From the NCBI GenBank assembly GCA_964016885.1, contig OZ024747.1, forward strand, positions 31,558,001 through 31,622,000: a stretch of 64,000 nucleotides of DNA, given 5' to 3'. The notes under the pieces are model-generated. The model did no database searches, had not been told where the DNA came from, and worked only from the letters and a program-made list of their open reading frames with translations. The stretch comes from Eledone cirrhosa. Its lineage: Eukaryota. Of this stretch, positions 38,975 through 51,527 are shown in pieces (the stretch's first letter is position 1; each line of letters starts with the position of its first letter). The position numbers and the translations under genes are program-made.

Positions 38975-39868
38975 TCATCATCATCATTTTACGTCTGCTT
39001 TTCCTTGCTTGCAAGGGTGGGATGGGTTCTTTTCAGCACAGCATCTCTTCATTCATCATGGTCCTTCGTAATCTCCTTGGTCACTCACGCACATTGACAT
39101 TGCACATCCATCAGAGCATGCCTGCTTCATTTCTCTCCAGCCATCGCATATCCTCTGCAGTTGCTGCCCATCTCTCACTACCATGCAGCATCGTGCATCT
39201 CACACAGGCATCATATAACCAACTTTTCGTTCATAGGGTGAAACCCTTTGTTGTCAACAGAGGAAGCAGCTCCCTAAACTTCTTCTAACCCACAGGTTCT
39301 CAACCCATTTAGGCCAAACGCCCCCTTTTGTCCCTCAAAATCACGACCCCCCCCCCTATTTTTCCATTTTTCAATATACTACTGATTTTTATATCAGTAG
39401 ATTACTAAAAAATTGATTAACAATATTCCAAAGATGTGTGTATTATCTGATTATGTGTTGTATGTGGTCCTAGATGTGTGTGCTACTCGCTTCTGTTTTT
39501 TCTGTTCTTTTTTTTATTTGTAATATTATTTATACAATAGGGAATAAAATAGATCTACATAGTGATAACTCGTTGTGGTTGAGTCAATAATTTCAGACAT
39601 GAAATACATTGTTATCGGTGAAGGAAAGATAAGATTCTAACTGGCTGTGCTCAAAGTGTCTTTGACCCAGTTGACTGTGGGTTTTTCCATTTTTAGGATC
39701 TCAATTACCGGACACACCTGCTCACAGCTGCGGTCAGATTATAGTTATGCTGTCTGCAAGCTCATTCAAATGCATTCACACTAGCTGTCTCAAATGCATA
39801 CAAATCAGCATAGAAAAGTTCCCATGGGCAGCCAGCCTTAAACTTCTCTGTTATGGTTTGGAGAACTA
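38975..39868 (-). mobile_element. RTE fragments (38975-39290 thumb and 3' end; 39805-39868 RT)
   Basis: KKFRELLPLLTTKGF...; LQTITEKFKAGCPWELFYAD. Confidence 0.7.
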
Positions 39869-40442
39869 TATATATATATTTGTGTGTGTCTTATATATAT
39901 ATATTTTTGTACTATTTTTGCTGTCTATTTCAATGTAAATGTAAGCAGAATTTCAACTGCAATTTACTGTAAGCCTCAGTTTGCCTGAATAAGCAATAGT
40001 GCTGAGGATTATCAACAAATGTGTTTCCAAAATATGCTCATGTTCGTATGAAATCCAGATGCCACCTAAATACAACATAATATGTGTGTATAAATTCTTT
40101 CTTACTATTAATTGGGGCAAGCTGCTTTTTGTTTTGCCAATAATGTTGGGGTGTAGTTTTGAAGCATGTGTGTGAGTTCACTTTTCCTCGCTCGTTATGT
40201 GCCTGGTGAGTGGGGTCAAATGTAAGTTTATAGATTATGTTTGATTGAGTTCATTACTAGCTTTGATTTATTGTTAAAGGAATAGATGGTATTAATTAAG
40301 TTTATGAATTCTCTGATAACAGGCGTCTGGCATAAATATAAATATGTGGGTTTGGATGTTATTGCATTTGTTTGTGTTCATGGATAATATAGGATTGATG
40401 TAGATTTGTTTATGTTTAGGTAAAGCCAATTGTATATATCAC

Positions 40443-40580
40443 ATGGCGTGTGGCTGAGTGGTTAGAGAATTGGATTCGCAATCGTAAGGTTGTGAGTTCG
40501 ATTCCTGGACTGGGCGATGCGTTATGTCCTTGAGCAAGACACTTTATTTCACGTTGCTCCTTCCACCTGGAGTTGCGGCT
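40443..40580 (+). mobile_element. SINE family 1 head, CpG-retaining
   Basis: TGGCTGAGTGG (A box), GAGTTCGATTCC (B box), GTCCTTGAGCAAGACACTT. Confidence 0.85.
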
Positions 40581-40589
40581 GATAGATAG

Positions 40590-40830
40590 TATTAGCAATT
40601 GGAAAGACCAACGGAAACATTGTTTCGTCGGTCTGATTTGACGAAAGTCGATCGTTCCTTTTAATTGTATATATGAAATGACCGTTCTGCGCATGCGCGT
40701 TCTTCTTCCTGTTCCGTATAACCATTACCAGTCCAAGCTGAAGATCTGCATCGAACTTTGAGCTGGTCAGTGGCGAAATGCGTGTCAAAAACCAATAAAC
40801 ATAATGAAGGAGTAACCAATCGTCCTTGTT
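40590..40830 (+). promoter_or_regulatory. Probable Pol II promoter / first non-coding exon
   Basis: Locally CpG-rich; NRF1-like TGCGCATGCGC 40688-40698; ATTGG 40598 and two CCAAT near 40792 and 40817; ETS-like CGGAA/TTCCG; pyrimidine run 40700-40715; possible donor CTG|gtcagt at 40766. Confidence 0.55.
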
Positions 40831-40913
40831 ATCTTATTTAATTATAATACACTCTGTATAGCTCTACACCTCGACACTGAAGTGAACCTAAACATTGAAT
40901 GCGCACCTGCGTG

Positions 40914-40996
40914 AACCTACAGTAACTCCAAGTTACACTCCCTGGATATATATATATATATATATCCAGGGAGTGTAACTTGGAGTTACTGTAGGT

Positions 40997-40997
<1 letters not shown>
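40914..40997. repeat. Perfect 84-bp palindrome with (AT)10 centre
   Basis: AACCTACAGTAACTCCAAGTTACACTCCCTGG-(AT)10-CCAGGGAGTGTAACTTGGAGTTACTGTAGGTT; the arm resembles the PLE end at 59700-59740. Confidence 0.92.
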
Positions 40998-41048
<51 letters not shown>

Positions 41049-41547
41049 AACCCTCCATTTCAATTTTACTTTTGAAAAGCATATGACCAACGAAACCGGT
41101 AAAGGAAATAGTTATTCTTAAAAAAATCTCCAGTTGCATTTTCGATTTCTTTCCTTATACTTTCACCTGTGTAGGACATCTCGTTTTTTTCTTTTTCTTT
41201 GGGTTTTTTTAAATAAAAAAAACCTCATTTTCTTATATATATATACATCAGCATTTTTACATTTGTTTTTTTTTGTACTGGCAAACCCAGGAACAGGAAA
41301 GTGTTGCCACTTTTGGTAGGTGTATCATGGGTTGGGACTGTTTCAATGCCATTCCTAATAACAACTAATTAACATTGTGGATTGTGTGCATTTAACTGTA
41401 CCTGCAGCACTAGAGCAGTTGCCCCTAAAAAGACTAAAAAGTCCCCTTGGCTATAAACACACACGTGTATATATATCATTATCATCATCATCATGTCTAT
41501 CTTCCATGCTAGCATGGGTGTATATATATATATATAGTTTGAGTATG

Positions 41548-41594
41548 TGTCACTGATGAAAGATTAACAAATCTTGAAACAGTGTTGTATGACA
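41548..41594 (+). ncRNA. Minimal hammerhead ribozyme motif
   Basis: UGUCA-CUGAUGA-AAGAU-uaacaa-AUCUU-GAAA-CA-gugu-UG-UA-UGACA. Confidence 0.78.
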
Positions 41595-41694
41595 TTCTGA
41601 AAATGTACTGTCACAACTGGAAATTAAAGACAAATATGTAGTGTTTTCGCAACATCAAAATATTTCCAGACCAGCCTTCTTTTGTATCTAAATG

Positions 41695-41728
<34 letters not shown>

Positions 41729-41747
41729 CAGAGAGAGAGAGAAAGAG

Positions 41748-41826
<79 letters not shown>

Positions 41827-42355
41827 GAGAAAGAATGAGAGAGAGAAAGAAAAAAATATACACACATGTGTACAAGGCAATCTACACTGTTCCCATCTAA
41901 TCAACCCAGTTTCAATAACAAGGCTTGAGTTAAACTTTGGCTATGATAAAAGACACTCGCCTAAAGTGTAGCATGCTTCAATTAAAGCAGGACTAACACA
42001 ATAACAAGGTAGCCTTCTTAAGTACACATCTATGATAACTCTGGGCACATTGGAAACATAAACAGTTTTTCCATTCAAAAGAAAAGATTATTAATAAACA
42101 ACAATGAGCTCATCTAATAAATACAATAGTACAACAATTACTTTCCTTTGGGCAAAATCCCTTATTAGCCATTTCTACACAAGAGAAATGGTTAATTACT
42201 ACACTAGATAGAGTTGGCGTACAGTGAGGGGTTACTCAACAAGTTATGAAAGAATAGTTGAAGAAGCTCAGTTTCTGATCCTTCTGTATTCCGGAGTGTA
42301 GATAAAGAATGAATAATAACAGGTAGACATCATAAAAAAGGTAATTTATTCCGAG

Positions 42356-42478
42356 TGCTTACAAATGTTTCAACAGTAGTTATACAGCCTAGTCATGCTA
42401 TGTGCAAATTGGTAATTATTTGTAATTATTTGCAGAAACTCAATTTTCAAATGCTGCTTCTACCGTTTCCTCAGAGCA
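42356..42478 (-). ncRNA. Hammerhead ribozyme motif with ~95-nt stem II region
   Basis: UGCU-CUGAGGA-AACGGUAG...CAGC...UGCAAAU...AUUUGCA...GCUG...CUACUGUU-GAAA-CAUUUG-UA-AGCA. Confidence 0.7.
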
Positions 42479-42532
42479 GAATGTTTAAAATGTAAATACC
42501 CTTGTATTTCTTAATGGAAGTTATTGGGGAAG

Positions 42533-42598
<66 letters not shown>

Positions 42599-42847
42599 AT
42601 TTCTTTATTAACCACAAGGGTTTACATAAAGTAGACATTAAGGACAGTGCAGGACAATACAGTACGGTACAAATGGGCATTTCTGCATGTAAAAAAAAAA
42701 ATAGAGGATGTAACAAAAAAATAACAATGAAAAATTCCCCAATAGGGGGGAGACTTCGGAGGGACATTTGTGGAGAAAGCCCAGTAAAAGGCCACAGTGA
42801 CCCTGACCACCAAGGCAAGTGCCCTCTCCCAGTTTTCCACTTTTAAT

Positions 42848-45800
42848 TTACAGATATATACTCAGAGTAAGCCCATTCACTCGGGCCATTCTTGCTTCTC
42901 TCACCCATCTTTCAACAAAATGCTGGGAAGAGAGCACTTCCCTCTCTACTCTGATTTTCCTTTTCAAATGAAATTTGAAAAAGTCAATCAGGGCATCACC
43001 GAAGAGGTAAGTGCTCGTCTTCAGCCCTTTCATACTATCTCTTTCGCCATGGCCACCAGACAGATAAAAACTGCCTGCCCTTCCCGGCTAAAGGAAGAGG
43101 GCGGGGCAATCCTCACGATGGACTCAGATGATAGCCGGATCCATGCTACATGTGACAGCAGGTGTTCGACATAAACACACAAGTCAGCAATTTTCGGACA
43201 CTGGGCGAGTGCGTGCAGGACGGTTTCGTCGCCCTGCGCGCATCTCGGACATGCCCGGCTGACGGCACCTCCATGCCTGTAGAGTTTATCCCGAACTGGC
43301 AAGGCTCCTCGGTAGCACTGCCAGGCCAGAGATTTCTGGAAGTTGTCCATAGGCCCTGGCCCGAAAGTTCTTCCGAAGAGATTGGCTAGTTGATTTTCGT
43401 CGACGCCTAGAGTTTCCCCAAGTACGTCGTCGCTCTTCCCCTCCACTAATCCTCTATAGAACGCCGAGGTGGAGTTTCCACCGATCACATTGCCCGATTG
43501 GTCGAGGGCTGTGAGCGCCTGAAGACATTCCAGTCTCCAGGCGCTCCCTCTCGGTCTTCGCTTGACCCAGGACTGCAGCTCCGTCAAGGAAACAAGCTGG
43601 GGAAATACGTGTCTAGCAAACGGCGACCACACCTGATCACCGTCGAGGAAGAGGTGGAGATGTCGTAGCCTGAGCGCGTGTCTGCGCATCATCAGCCACG
43701 GCATGCCCAGCCCTCCACGTAGCGGGTGTTGACAACAGATGGACCACCTGACCATCGGAGCACGTCCCTTCCACAAAAAGCGAAAGAGCAAACGCTCCAG
43801 CACAGTCAGGCGGAGCTTAGGACAAGGTACGACAGTCAGGCGGTAGCAGATGACAGACGCGATGTATGCGTTAGCCACCTCCGCTCGACCTTTCAGGGAT
43901 AGCTTCCTCTCTGCCCATTTCTGGGTGAGAGAAGCCACCCTGCTCGTCACCTCGTCCCAGTTTTTGTCCGTCTGGAGGTCCGGACCGAACCAGACCCCTA
44001 GCAATTTAACCGGTCTGTCCGTCCAGCGTCCGACGACGCTGTTGGACGGCATGGACCTGCCTCTCCAGGTGCCGAACTGCAGGCCCACTGACTTTTCCTG
44101 GTTGATCATTGCTCCTGTCACCGCTTCGTATTCTCTTAGTGTAGTGCCGATCGCCTCGATGTGTTTGGCGTTCGACACCACTACGGTGACATCGTCCGCA
44201 TATGCTGACACGGATCTTCCGCATCCTAGTTCGTGCGGGACGGCCCTCAACGTCTCCAGTTTGTGCAGTAATGGCTCGAGAGTCAATACGTACAAGAGGG
44301 ACGAGAGGGGACATCCTTGGCGGACCGAGCGCATGATGTTGAACGGTTCCGAAAGGTGACCGTTCACTCTCACCACAGAGCAGATGTCGCTGTGCATGGC
44401 AGCGATCCAGCCTCTGAAGACGGGCCCAAAGCCAGCCGCCCTCAGGACTGCCACTAGGTAACGATGGTCGACCCTATCGAAAGTTTTCGACTGATCTAAA
44501 TTGAACAAGGACCAACCCGTGCCAGGTTCCCTAGCTACCCTCTCTACGATGTATCGCATGAGGTGGAGGTTGTTGTGGATGGATCTGTCGGGAATGGCGC
44601 ATGTCTGCGCCTCTCCCACCAGACCACCAACGACAAGCGCCAACCTCTTTGCTAGCACCTTGGCCAAAATCTTGAACTCTGTTTTTAGCAGAGTTATAGG
44701 CCTGAAATTATCTATGTTATCCCCCTTGTTCGGATCCATTCTCAGCAGTGCCACCGCTCCTCGGCTCACAGAACTGGGAATTCTCCCGTTCTGTTGCCAG
44801 TTGCAGTAGACGTCCGCCAAGAGGCCTCTAAACAAGTCTGGCATCTGTACGTAAAGTTCATAGGGCAGACCATCCAAACCAGGCGATTTACCCCTTGTGC
44901 AGCCAGTCATTGCCTCCCTTACTTCAGCGGCTGTTATCAGCCTTTCGCAACACTCCGCCTCAGTGGCCGAGAGCCGCGGCAGTCCGTCGAGGTAGACACT
45001 AAAGTCCATCCCACGACCCGGCCCACCGCTGCCTCCGAACAGCTGAGTGAAGTGTCGCTGAAAAGCTTCACACATTTGCCCGGGATCGAGTAGCATGCGC
45101 CCGTCGTGGTCCACCAAAGACCGGATCGTGGCCTTTGTTGCCACGACGCGCCTCCGCCACTCGGGCCCATTGAACGGCTTTCGTTCCCTCGTGTCTGAGA
45201 GCATGCACCCTAGCTCTGACAACGCAGCCTTCGTGCTTTGCATTGAAGAATTGGTCAAGAGCCAATTTCGCCGCAAGCACGTTGGTCACAATGCCTTTGC
45301 TAAGCGCCTCGTCTAATTTTCTAACTAGTTCTCCCTCTGCTCTATTTTTCTCTATTGCTAAAGCCTTACTAAACCTAATGGATTCTATTCTAATCGCTCT
45401 TTTTGTTGACGATGGCCCCCGTCAATGCCCGCTTAATTAGTTCGCTAATCCGGTCTCTGTAGGCCTTGCGCGCTGGTAAGGACGCGCTTAGCTTCCAGTA
45501 GCCGGGTCCTCGTCTATGAAGCCTATCTAAGTCAAGGACACAGATCACAAATTTTTGGTCCGTGTAGCTGACTATCTTGAATTGTGGACAGCCTGTGCTA
45601 GACCTATCTATTTCCCTTCAAAATACTCTATCTAGATATGATCTGGATGACCCTATGCGGTTTGTCCAAGTCCACATTGGCACATTCGGGAAATCCAATC
45701 GGTACCTGTCAGACAGTTCAAAACGCCTGAGCAGGTTGGTGAGGTTCTTGCACCCTCCACCCCTATCCGCTAATCCCACACAGTCCCAGCGTGCATCTAA

Positions 45801-46235
45801 GATCCCGTTCCAGTCGCCCACTAACACTAAAGAGCGGGACGTTCCAAGAAAGGTCTCCAGGCGCCGGAAGAAATCAGGCCGCCCTGCTCCTGTCGAGGCA
45901 TAGACGGCCACTAACCTGAAAGCTTGCCCGTCTCCGCTGATCACGTCCAGCACCACCAACTTACCCTCTGGGTCCAGGAAGATGGCCCGTATGGCGAGAT
46001 CCAAACCTCTCCGAAAAAGCACAGCAACTCCTCCCCCCGATCCAGGACGGCTGGGAGATGCGTACACATCGTAGCCGCCCAAGATCGGTGCGAAGGCCCG
46101 TGCTTCGGAGATTCTGCTCTCGCTGATGGCCACTACATCTATGTTTAGTGACCTGAGGTCGTTGAGCAGGTGACCCTGCTTCCATGACGACCCCAAGCCA
46201 CGTGCATTTATGCTGCCTATTCTGAGTGAGGTCAT
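42848..46235 (-). pseudogene. Tx1 ORF2 (APE endonuclease, reverse transcriptase, CCHC finger), frameshifted
   Basis: MTSLRIGSINARGL; LVGDWN; SYLDRV; KSPGLDGL; RQGCPLS; AYADD; LLGV; CPRC...ETVLHALAQC; breaks near 45618, 45280 and 43030. Confidence 0.9.
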
Positions 46236-46270
46236 GTTTAAAATAGAGTGGAAAAGATGGGAAAGACCAC

Positions 46271-48374
46271 TTACCGTACTTTTCGTAGAGGAGGGATGGT
46301 TTTTACATCCCTTTTCACTTGATCGTCTGGTGAAGGGACCGTTGAATCGTCCCTTCGGCTGGATGTCGGCTCTTCTATGAGTATGTCCGAATATACTCTT
46401 TGATTGAGAGTCCCTCCTAGGTCTCTGAAATCACCAACTGCGTTGGGGAATTTCGTTTTAATGTTTGTGTATTGTTTCTGTGCTAGTTTTAGCAGTCTTA
46501 TGTTAGTTGGCGTTTTGATTGGTGCTGGTATTATGTAGTCGTGTTGTGAAATGTCTGTGTGTTCAATTATGTAAGTCATTAGTTTCTTGTTGTGTGTATT
46601 TATTGCCGTGCATTTGTTTTTCTGGGGGTGGGGTGTGGTTCTGCTATTTTCTTGTCGTTGTTGCTGGGTGTGTGTGTTTTGTTGTTTTTGTTTGCGATGT
46701 TGGTGCTTGTGGTGGTGGTGTTGAAGGTGTTGTTGTTGTTGGCGGTGGGGTTGTCGCCGGTGGTGATGGTGGTGCTAGTGTGGGTGGTGATGGTGTTGGT
46801 GGTGTTGCTGCTGTGAGTCTCTTTGCAGTAGACTTTACCCTTTTTTCATTTCTTTCCTCACTTTTCGAAGGCGACGATGCGCTGCTTCTGCGTTTGTGCC
46901 TTCTTACGACCTTTTGCCATCCCTCTCCCACCTCACACTCCATGTCTGATTCTGTGAGGTCGGGGAGGGGTACCAGCTCCACTCTTTCACTTGTTGTTGT
47001 TGGTGATGTTTGCACTGGAGTCTCTGTTGCAGCTGCATTTGTTATTGCTGTTGTTGTTGTTAATACTTCCACTGCTGGTGCTTTTCTTGATTTCCGTGGC
47101 GTGGGTATGGGTGCCACGGACCTATCGTTCCTGGTTGCCGCTTGTCCTGTTGCTGGTAGCCGTGGAGCCGGTTTCGGAAGGAGGGGGGTTTTCTCCTTTC
47201 TCAGGGTCTTCTCGTTGCAGAAGGCCCTGAGGTGAGTCTTCGATCCACAGCGAAAGCATTTTGGGTGTTTGCCCTCAACACTTATGGGCAGTTGAGTGCC
47301 GTTATCGAAGTCTATCACATCCGGGATAGCTTCGATGCACTCCTGGTTGGTTTGGATTAACATCTCAATGGAGGTGCCGACCCAATCTTCTCTTACTTTT
47401 TTCTGTACTTGCAGTACAGTTGTTTTGTCCTCAATTCCGACGAGAACAGACGCGGCCATCCAAGAAGGGGCCATCCCGGGGGGGACGTGGGTCAGTTTGA
47501 CCCTCACAATTTTTTACCCGCAGTAGGAGGGCACCAACACCATTTCCTCGCTCCTTAGGTTCACTAAGGATTGAGCCTTTGCCTCCTGGGATGTGGCAAA
47601 AAGTACGGTGGCATATTTCTTGCCTCGGGTGATGTGCATTTTCCGCTGCCACACAGACCCCAAAGCTTTTTGTATTTGAGCTTCTTTGGCTCTTTCAACC
47701 CTATGGGATTTTGTACTTACTGTACGGTATGTGACCATACAGTGCTGTTGGGTTTCGAAAAATTTTTCGGCTGCCTTGCAGATTGCTTGGTGTCCAATTT
47801 TTGTCACCATCTTCTTCACTTCCTCTAATTCCTCACTTGTTATGAGGATGGTTTCCAGGTTCTTTGCGATACCTGCAAACGAGATTGGTTTTTCTTTGCT
47901 GCTGTTGTTGTTGTTGTTGTCGTCAGAGCTGCTGTTACTTTTGTTGTTGCTGCAGGTACTACGACTACTGCCGCCGCCGCTGTTGCTGTGGTTGTTGTTG
48001 TTGTTGCTGCTGCTAATGCTGTTGTTGTTTATGCTGATGCTGATGCTGTTGCGGCTGCTACTGTTGTTTTCCTTGTCACTGTTGCTGTTGTTATTACGGC
48101 TGCTACTGCTTTTATTCCTGACGTCAGACGAATGAAGTGGGTTTTCGTATTTCCCGCACACCTGTTTCGTCGTTGTCGTCGTCGTGGAGAAATCTTGCAC
48201 GCTTTGCACAAGATTTTTCTTTTCTGTCGTCGCTTGCGAAAGAGAAGGGAGGGAGAGAGACACATTTAAAGAAGGGATGGAGAGAGACAATCTTCTCTCT
48301 GCTGTAGTGACGATTGAGGAAGAAGAAGACGGAATGAGTGGGAGTGACCTATGAAAATTCTTTTTCGTAGCCAT
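46271..48374 (-). pseudogene. Tx1 ORF1 (gag-like, single CCHC zinc knuckle, S/N- and T/P-rich tracts), frameshifted
   Basis: ORFs 47514-48374, 46644-47507 (CFRCGSKTHLRAFC) and 46271-46579, upstream of ORF2. Confidence 0.75.
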
Positions 48375-48615
48375 GTTGTTTTTTTTTTTTGTTTAAAATA
48401 AATATTGGGCACAAAACCCCAATAAGCGGTTATTTAACCCCGAAGGGCCAAATAACCGGCAGAAAGACCCCTCTCACGAGGAGGAGGGTGTTTTTGTCTA
48501 CAAATTGGTTAAAGTTTTAAACAATTTACAATTGTTATAACGGTCAAAATTTACAATACCTTACAGAGCCGAGCCTCCGTCAACCATAGCATTCAATAAT
48601 AATAATAATAATAAT

Positions 48616-49910
48616 TCTGGAGAGGAATATGGGAGCAGGATGTTAAACATAATGACTAGGCAGTGTGGATTGAGACAGTACAGAAGGAGATTAGTGAACA
48701 GGCACACCAACAAACTGACTTGAGTATCACAGTTGAAACTCTTAAGGGGCAGGCCAAAAAACTAACCAACTGAAAATCACCAGGACCAGATGGTGTGCAG
48801 GGGTATTGGATTAAAAATATAACATCCCTCCACCCGAAACTGACAACCATGTTCAATGACTGCTTGATGTCAGGTAAGGTACCAGAGTGGTTGACAAAAG
48901 GTACCACAGTTCTGGTAATGAAGGACCGAATCAAGGGTAATGATGTTACCAACGATAGACCTATCACATGTCTGTCCGTAATGTGGAAACTGTTGACAAG
49001 CATTATGTCTGAGGAAATCTACCATCACCTCCACACAAACAACTTGTTACCGGACGAACAGAAAGGATGCCGAAAGAATTCCCGTGGTACAAAGGACCAG
49101 TTACTTATTGATAAGATGGTAATGAGGAATTGCAAGAGGAGACACACTGGTCTTGCCATGGGATGGATAGACTACAAAAAAGCATTTGACATGGTGCCTC
49201 ATTCTTGGATCACCAAATGCCTAGAGATCTTCAAGGTGGCAGATAACATCAGACAGTTGTTGGGCAAAAGTATGAAGTCCTGGGAAACAGAGTTAACATC
49301 AGCTGGAGAATCCTTGGGAGGCGTGAAGATCAAGAGAGGTAACTTCCAGGGAGATAGTCTGTCCCCTCTGTAGTTTGGAACTTTAGCATCCAAACAGACC
49401 GAAAAATAGATGCAAATAGACCTGATATAATACTGAAGGACTTTAAAAAGAGGGTATGCCTGCTAATTGATATGTCCGTTCCAATAGACAAGAATGTATC
49501 TATAAAAACATTTGAAAAATTGAGCAAGTATAAGGACCTGGAGATAGAAATTGGAAAAATGTGGAAATTGAGAACTAAAACAATACCAATGGTTGTAGGT
49601 GCTCTAGGAATGATACCTAAGGGGTCTAATAATTACTTATCGCAAATCCCAGGAAACCCGCGTATAGGAGAAATACAAAAGATAGTACTAATGGGAACTG
49701 CCCATATACTAAGGAAGATTCTGTCAATATAAGTACATCACAAGTCTAAACACCTAAAGATGCATGTGTGTGTATGTATGTTCTTTCTTGAACCTGGCGG
49801 ACCTTGTTGTCTCTTGAGGTCACTGGTTGTGACTTGGTGATAACTCGTATGAACATAAAGCAAGATAAATGCAACTATAATAATAATAATAATAATAATG
49901 ATAATAATAA
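48616..49910 (+). mobile_element. R4/Dong-clade LINE, chimeric (family A RT joined to family B REL endonuclease and 3' end), (TAA)n tail
   Basis: PDEQKGCRK, WIDYKKAFD, FQGDSLSPL, then VWNFSIQTD..IDANRPD...KLSKYKDL...VVGALG; flanked by AAT repeats. Confidence 0.88.
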
Positions 49911-51400
49911 TGGTTGCTAATTCCAGTATGATGTCAACAATTTAAGGGGAGATGGAAGGGAAAGTTGATTACATCAACTCCAATACATGACTGTGTTCCT
50001 TAGTTTTTTAATCCAAGAATGATGAAAAGCAAAGTTGACCTAAGCTGAATTTGAACTCAGAATGTAAAGAACTGGCAAAATACTGCATAACATTTTGTCC
50101 CACATTCTAACAATTCTTTTAATTCCCCCACACCACCCTAATAATAATCAATAGTTGTAATAATAACAATTTTCTCAGCTCATCAAAAATGTATCTCTTT
50201 TCAAACTAGGAGAAAGGTTAAACAAGTTCTAGTAAATAGCTAAATTCAAAATATAATTCAAAATAAAAAGAAAAAAAAATCCTGTTAATTTTCCAAGTTA
50301 GAATACATTGTTATAAAGGTTAGTGATATATCAAAATAAAACCCCATATCAACTTTAGATGTAAATTATAATAGCATTAAAACTTTTAACAAATTCATGT
50401 AAATGTCAACTTTACAATAAATTTTGATGCAAGTTCATCCTATTATTTTCATTATTAGTATTATTGAGTTGCTGAAGACTGTATCTTTGGATTCATTCAT
50501 GTACCATTCTTTGTAATATTATCTGTTTATTCCCTACCAAGTTTTTCTTTGAAAACTATTAAATCATGTCAGTTAATAAAAACTGTTTTTCATCTGTTTC
50601 GTTTTGTTTGTATTTGTTGTTGAAAGAAAATGAAGATGTAACAAGTGAAAGGTGTCAAGTATTACCACCTAGAAAGGGTTGACCTTACAACAACCTTCCT
50701 AAAATGCTAACTTTAAATTTCGTGAATGAGCTGAAGTTTTCAAGAATTTCAAACAGAAATTATGATGAAGGTCAAATTTGTAACAAATGTCAACAGTGTA
50801 ATTTGTAATGGTATGCTTAGATTGAATTGTGAAATGGAACCATACACACTAGCTAGATGCTAATAGAGTGAGGCAAGGAGATGCTATCACACATCCTGAT
50901 TTTACATGAATCATAAGGGCACCTTTTGTATTTATTTCCTTTTCTTTTTGCGCTTTCCAGATTTTCTTAATCTCCATATATTGTGATGTTAATATTCTAG
51001 TTATTATTTTGTTTATTGGCAGTATTGGTAGAGCACCAGACTACATGCTTTGAGGCACAAAGTTATGATCCATTACATCCTAAGTTTAAATCCGACTGAG
51101 GTTAGTTTTGCCTTTCACCCTTGTAGGATCGATACAATAAAATACCAGTAATGCACATTTAATCAAATTTCTTCTTCCCAAAAAATTGTTGGCCTTGTAT
51201 CTAAATCGGAAACTATATTATTGGGGGAGGGGGGTTATTTATATAGTTTTTGTGTGCTTAATGGGAAGGGAGAGCACAATACTTATGAATCTTTTCAGGA
51301 TTTCAGCGGTTGAAGGAAATGAGTGTGAAAAGAAGAAAGGTGGAATGTAGCCCGAAACTAACTTGAGATATGGTGTGAATCTCAGTAGCAAGTGACAAAA

Positions 51401-51447
51401 TCTCACTGATGATGGATAAAACTCCAGAAACAGCTATCTGTCTGGCA
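51401..51447 (+). ncRNA. Minimal hammerhead ribozyme motif
   Basis: CUGAUGA-UGGA-uaaaac-UCCA-GAAA-CAG-cuau-CUG-UC; imperfect stem I, enclosed by AUCUCAGUAGCA/UGCUACUGAGAU. Confidence 0.65.
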
Positions 51448-51527
51448 TTCTTACTGCTACTGAGATAGCTGTGACATGATGACAGCTTTAAAATATTTCA
51501 AAGCGAAGTGAGAATCTCATATGTTTA

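Larger units (their letters stand above)
42598..48594 (-). mobile_element. Near-full-length L1/Tx1-clade LINE inserted in (AAT)n
   Basis: 5' UTR, ORF1 with CCHC knuckle, ORF2 APE-RT-zinc finger, 3' end AATAAAGAAATC with no poly(A); (AAT)7 on both sides (42577-42597, 48595-48615). Confidence 0.93.

Noticed and set aside
40443-40520. tRNA gene
   Set aside because: The A and B boxes run into a SINE body shared with three other copies; no acceptor stem or terminator.
46519-48269. Plus-strand V/G- and L-rich ORFs resembling membrane proteins
   Set aside because: Antisense shadows of the low-complexity Tx1 ORF1.
50626-50812. Possible small plus-strand exons
   Set aside because: Splice sites are weak or ambiguous and the frames are short.
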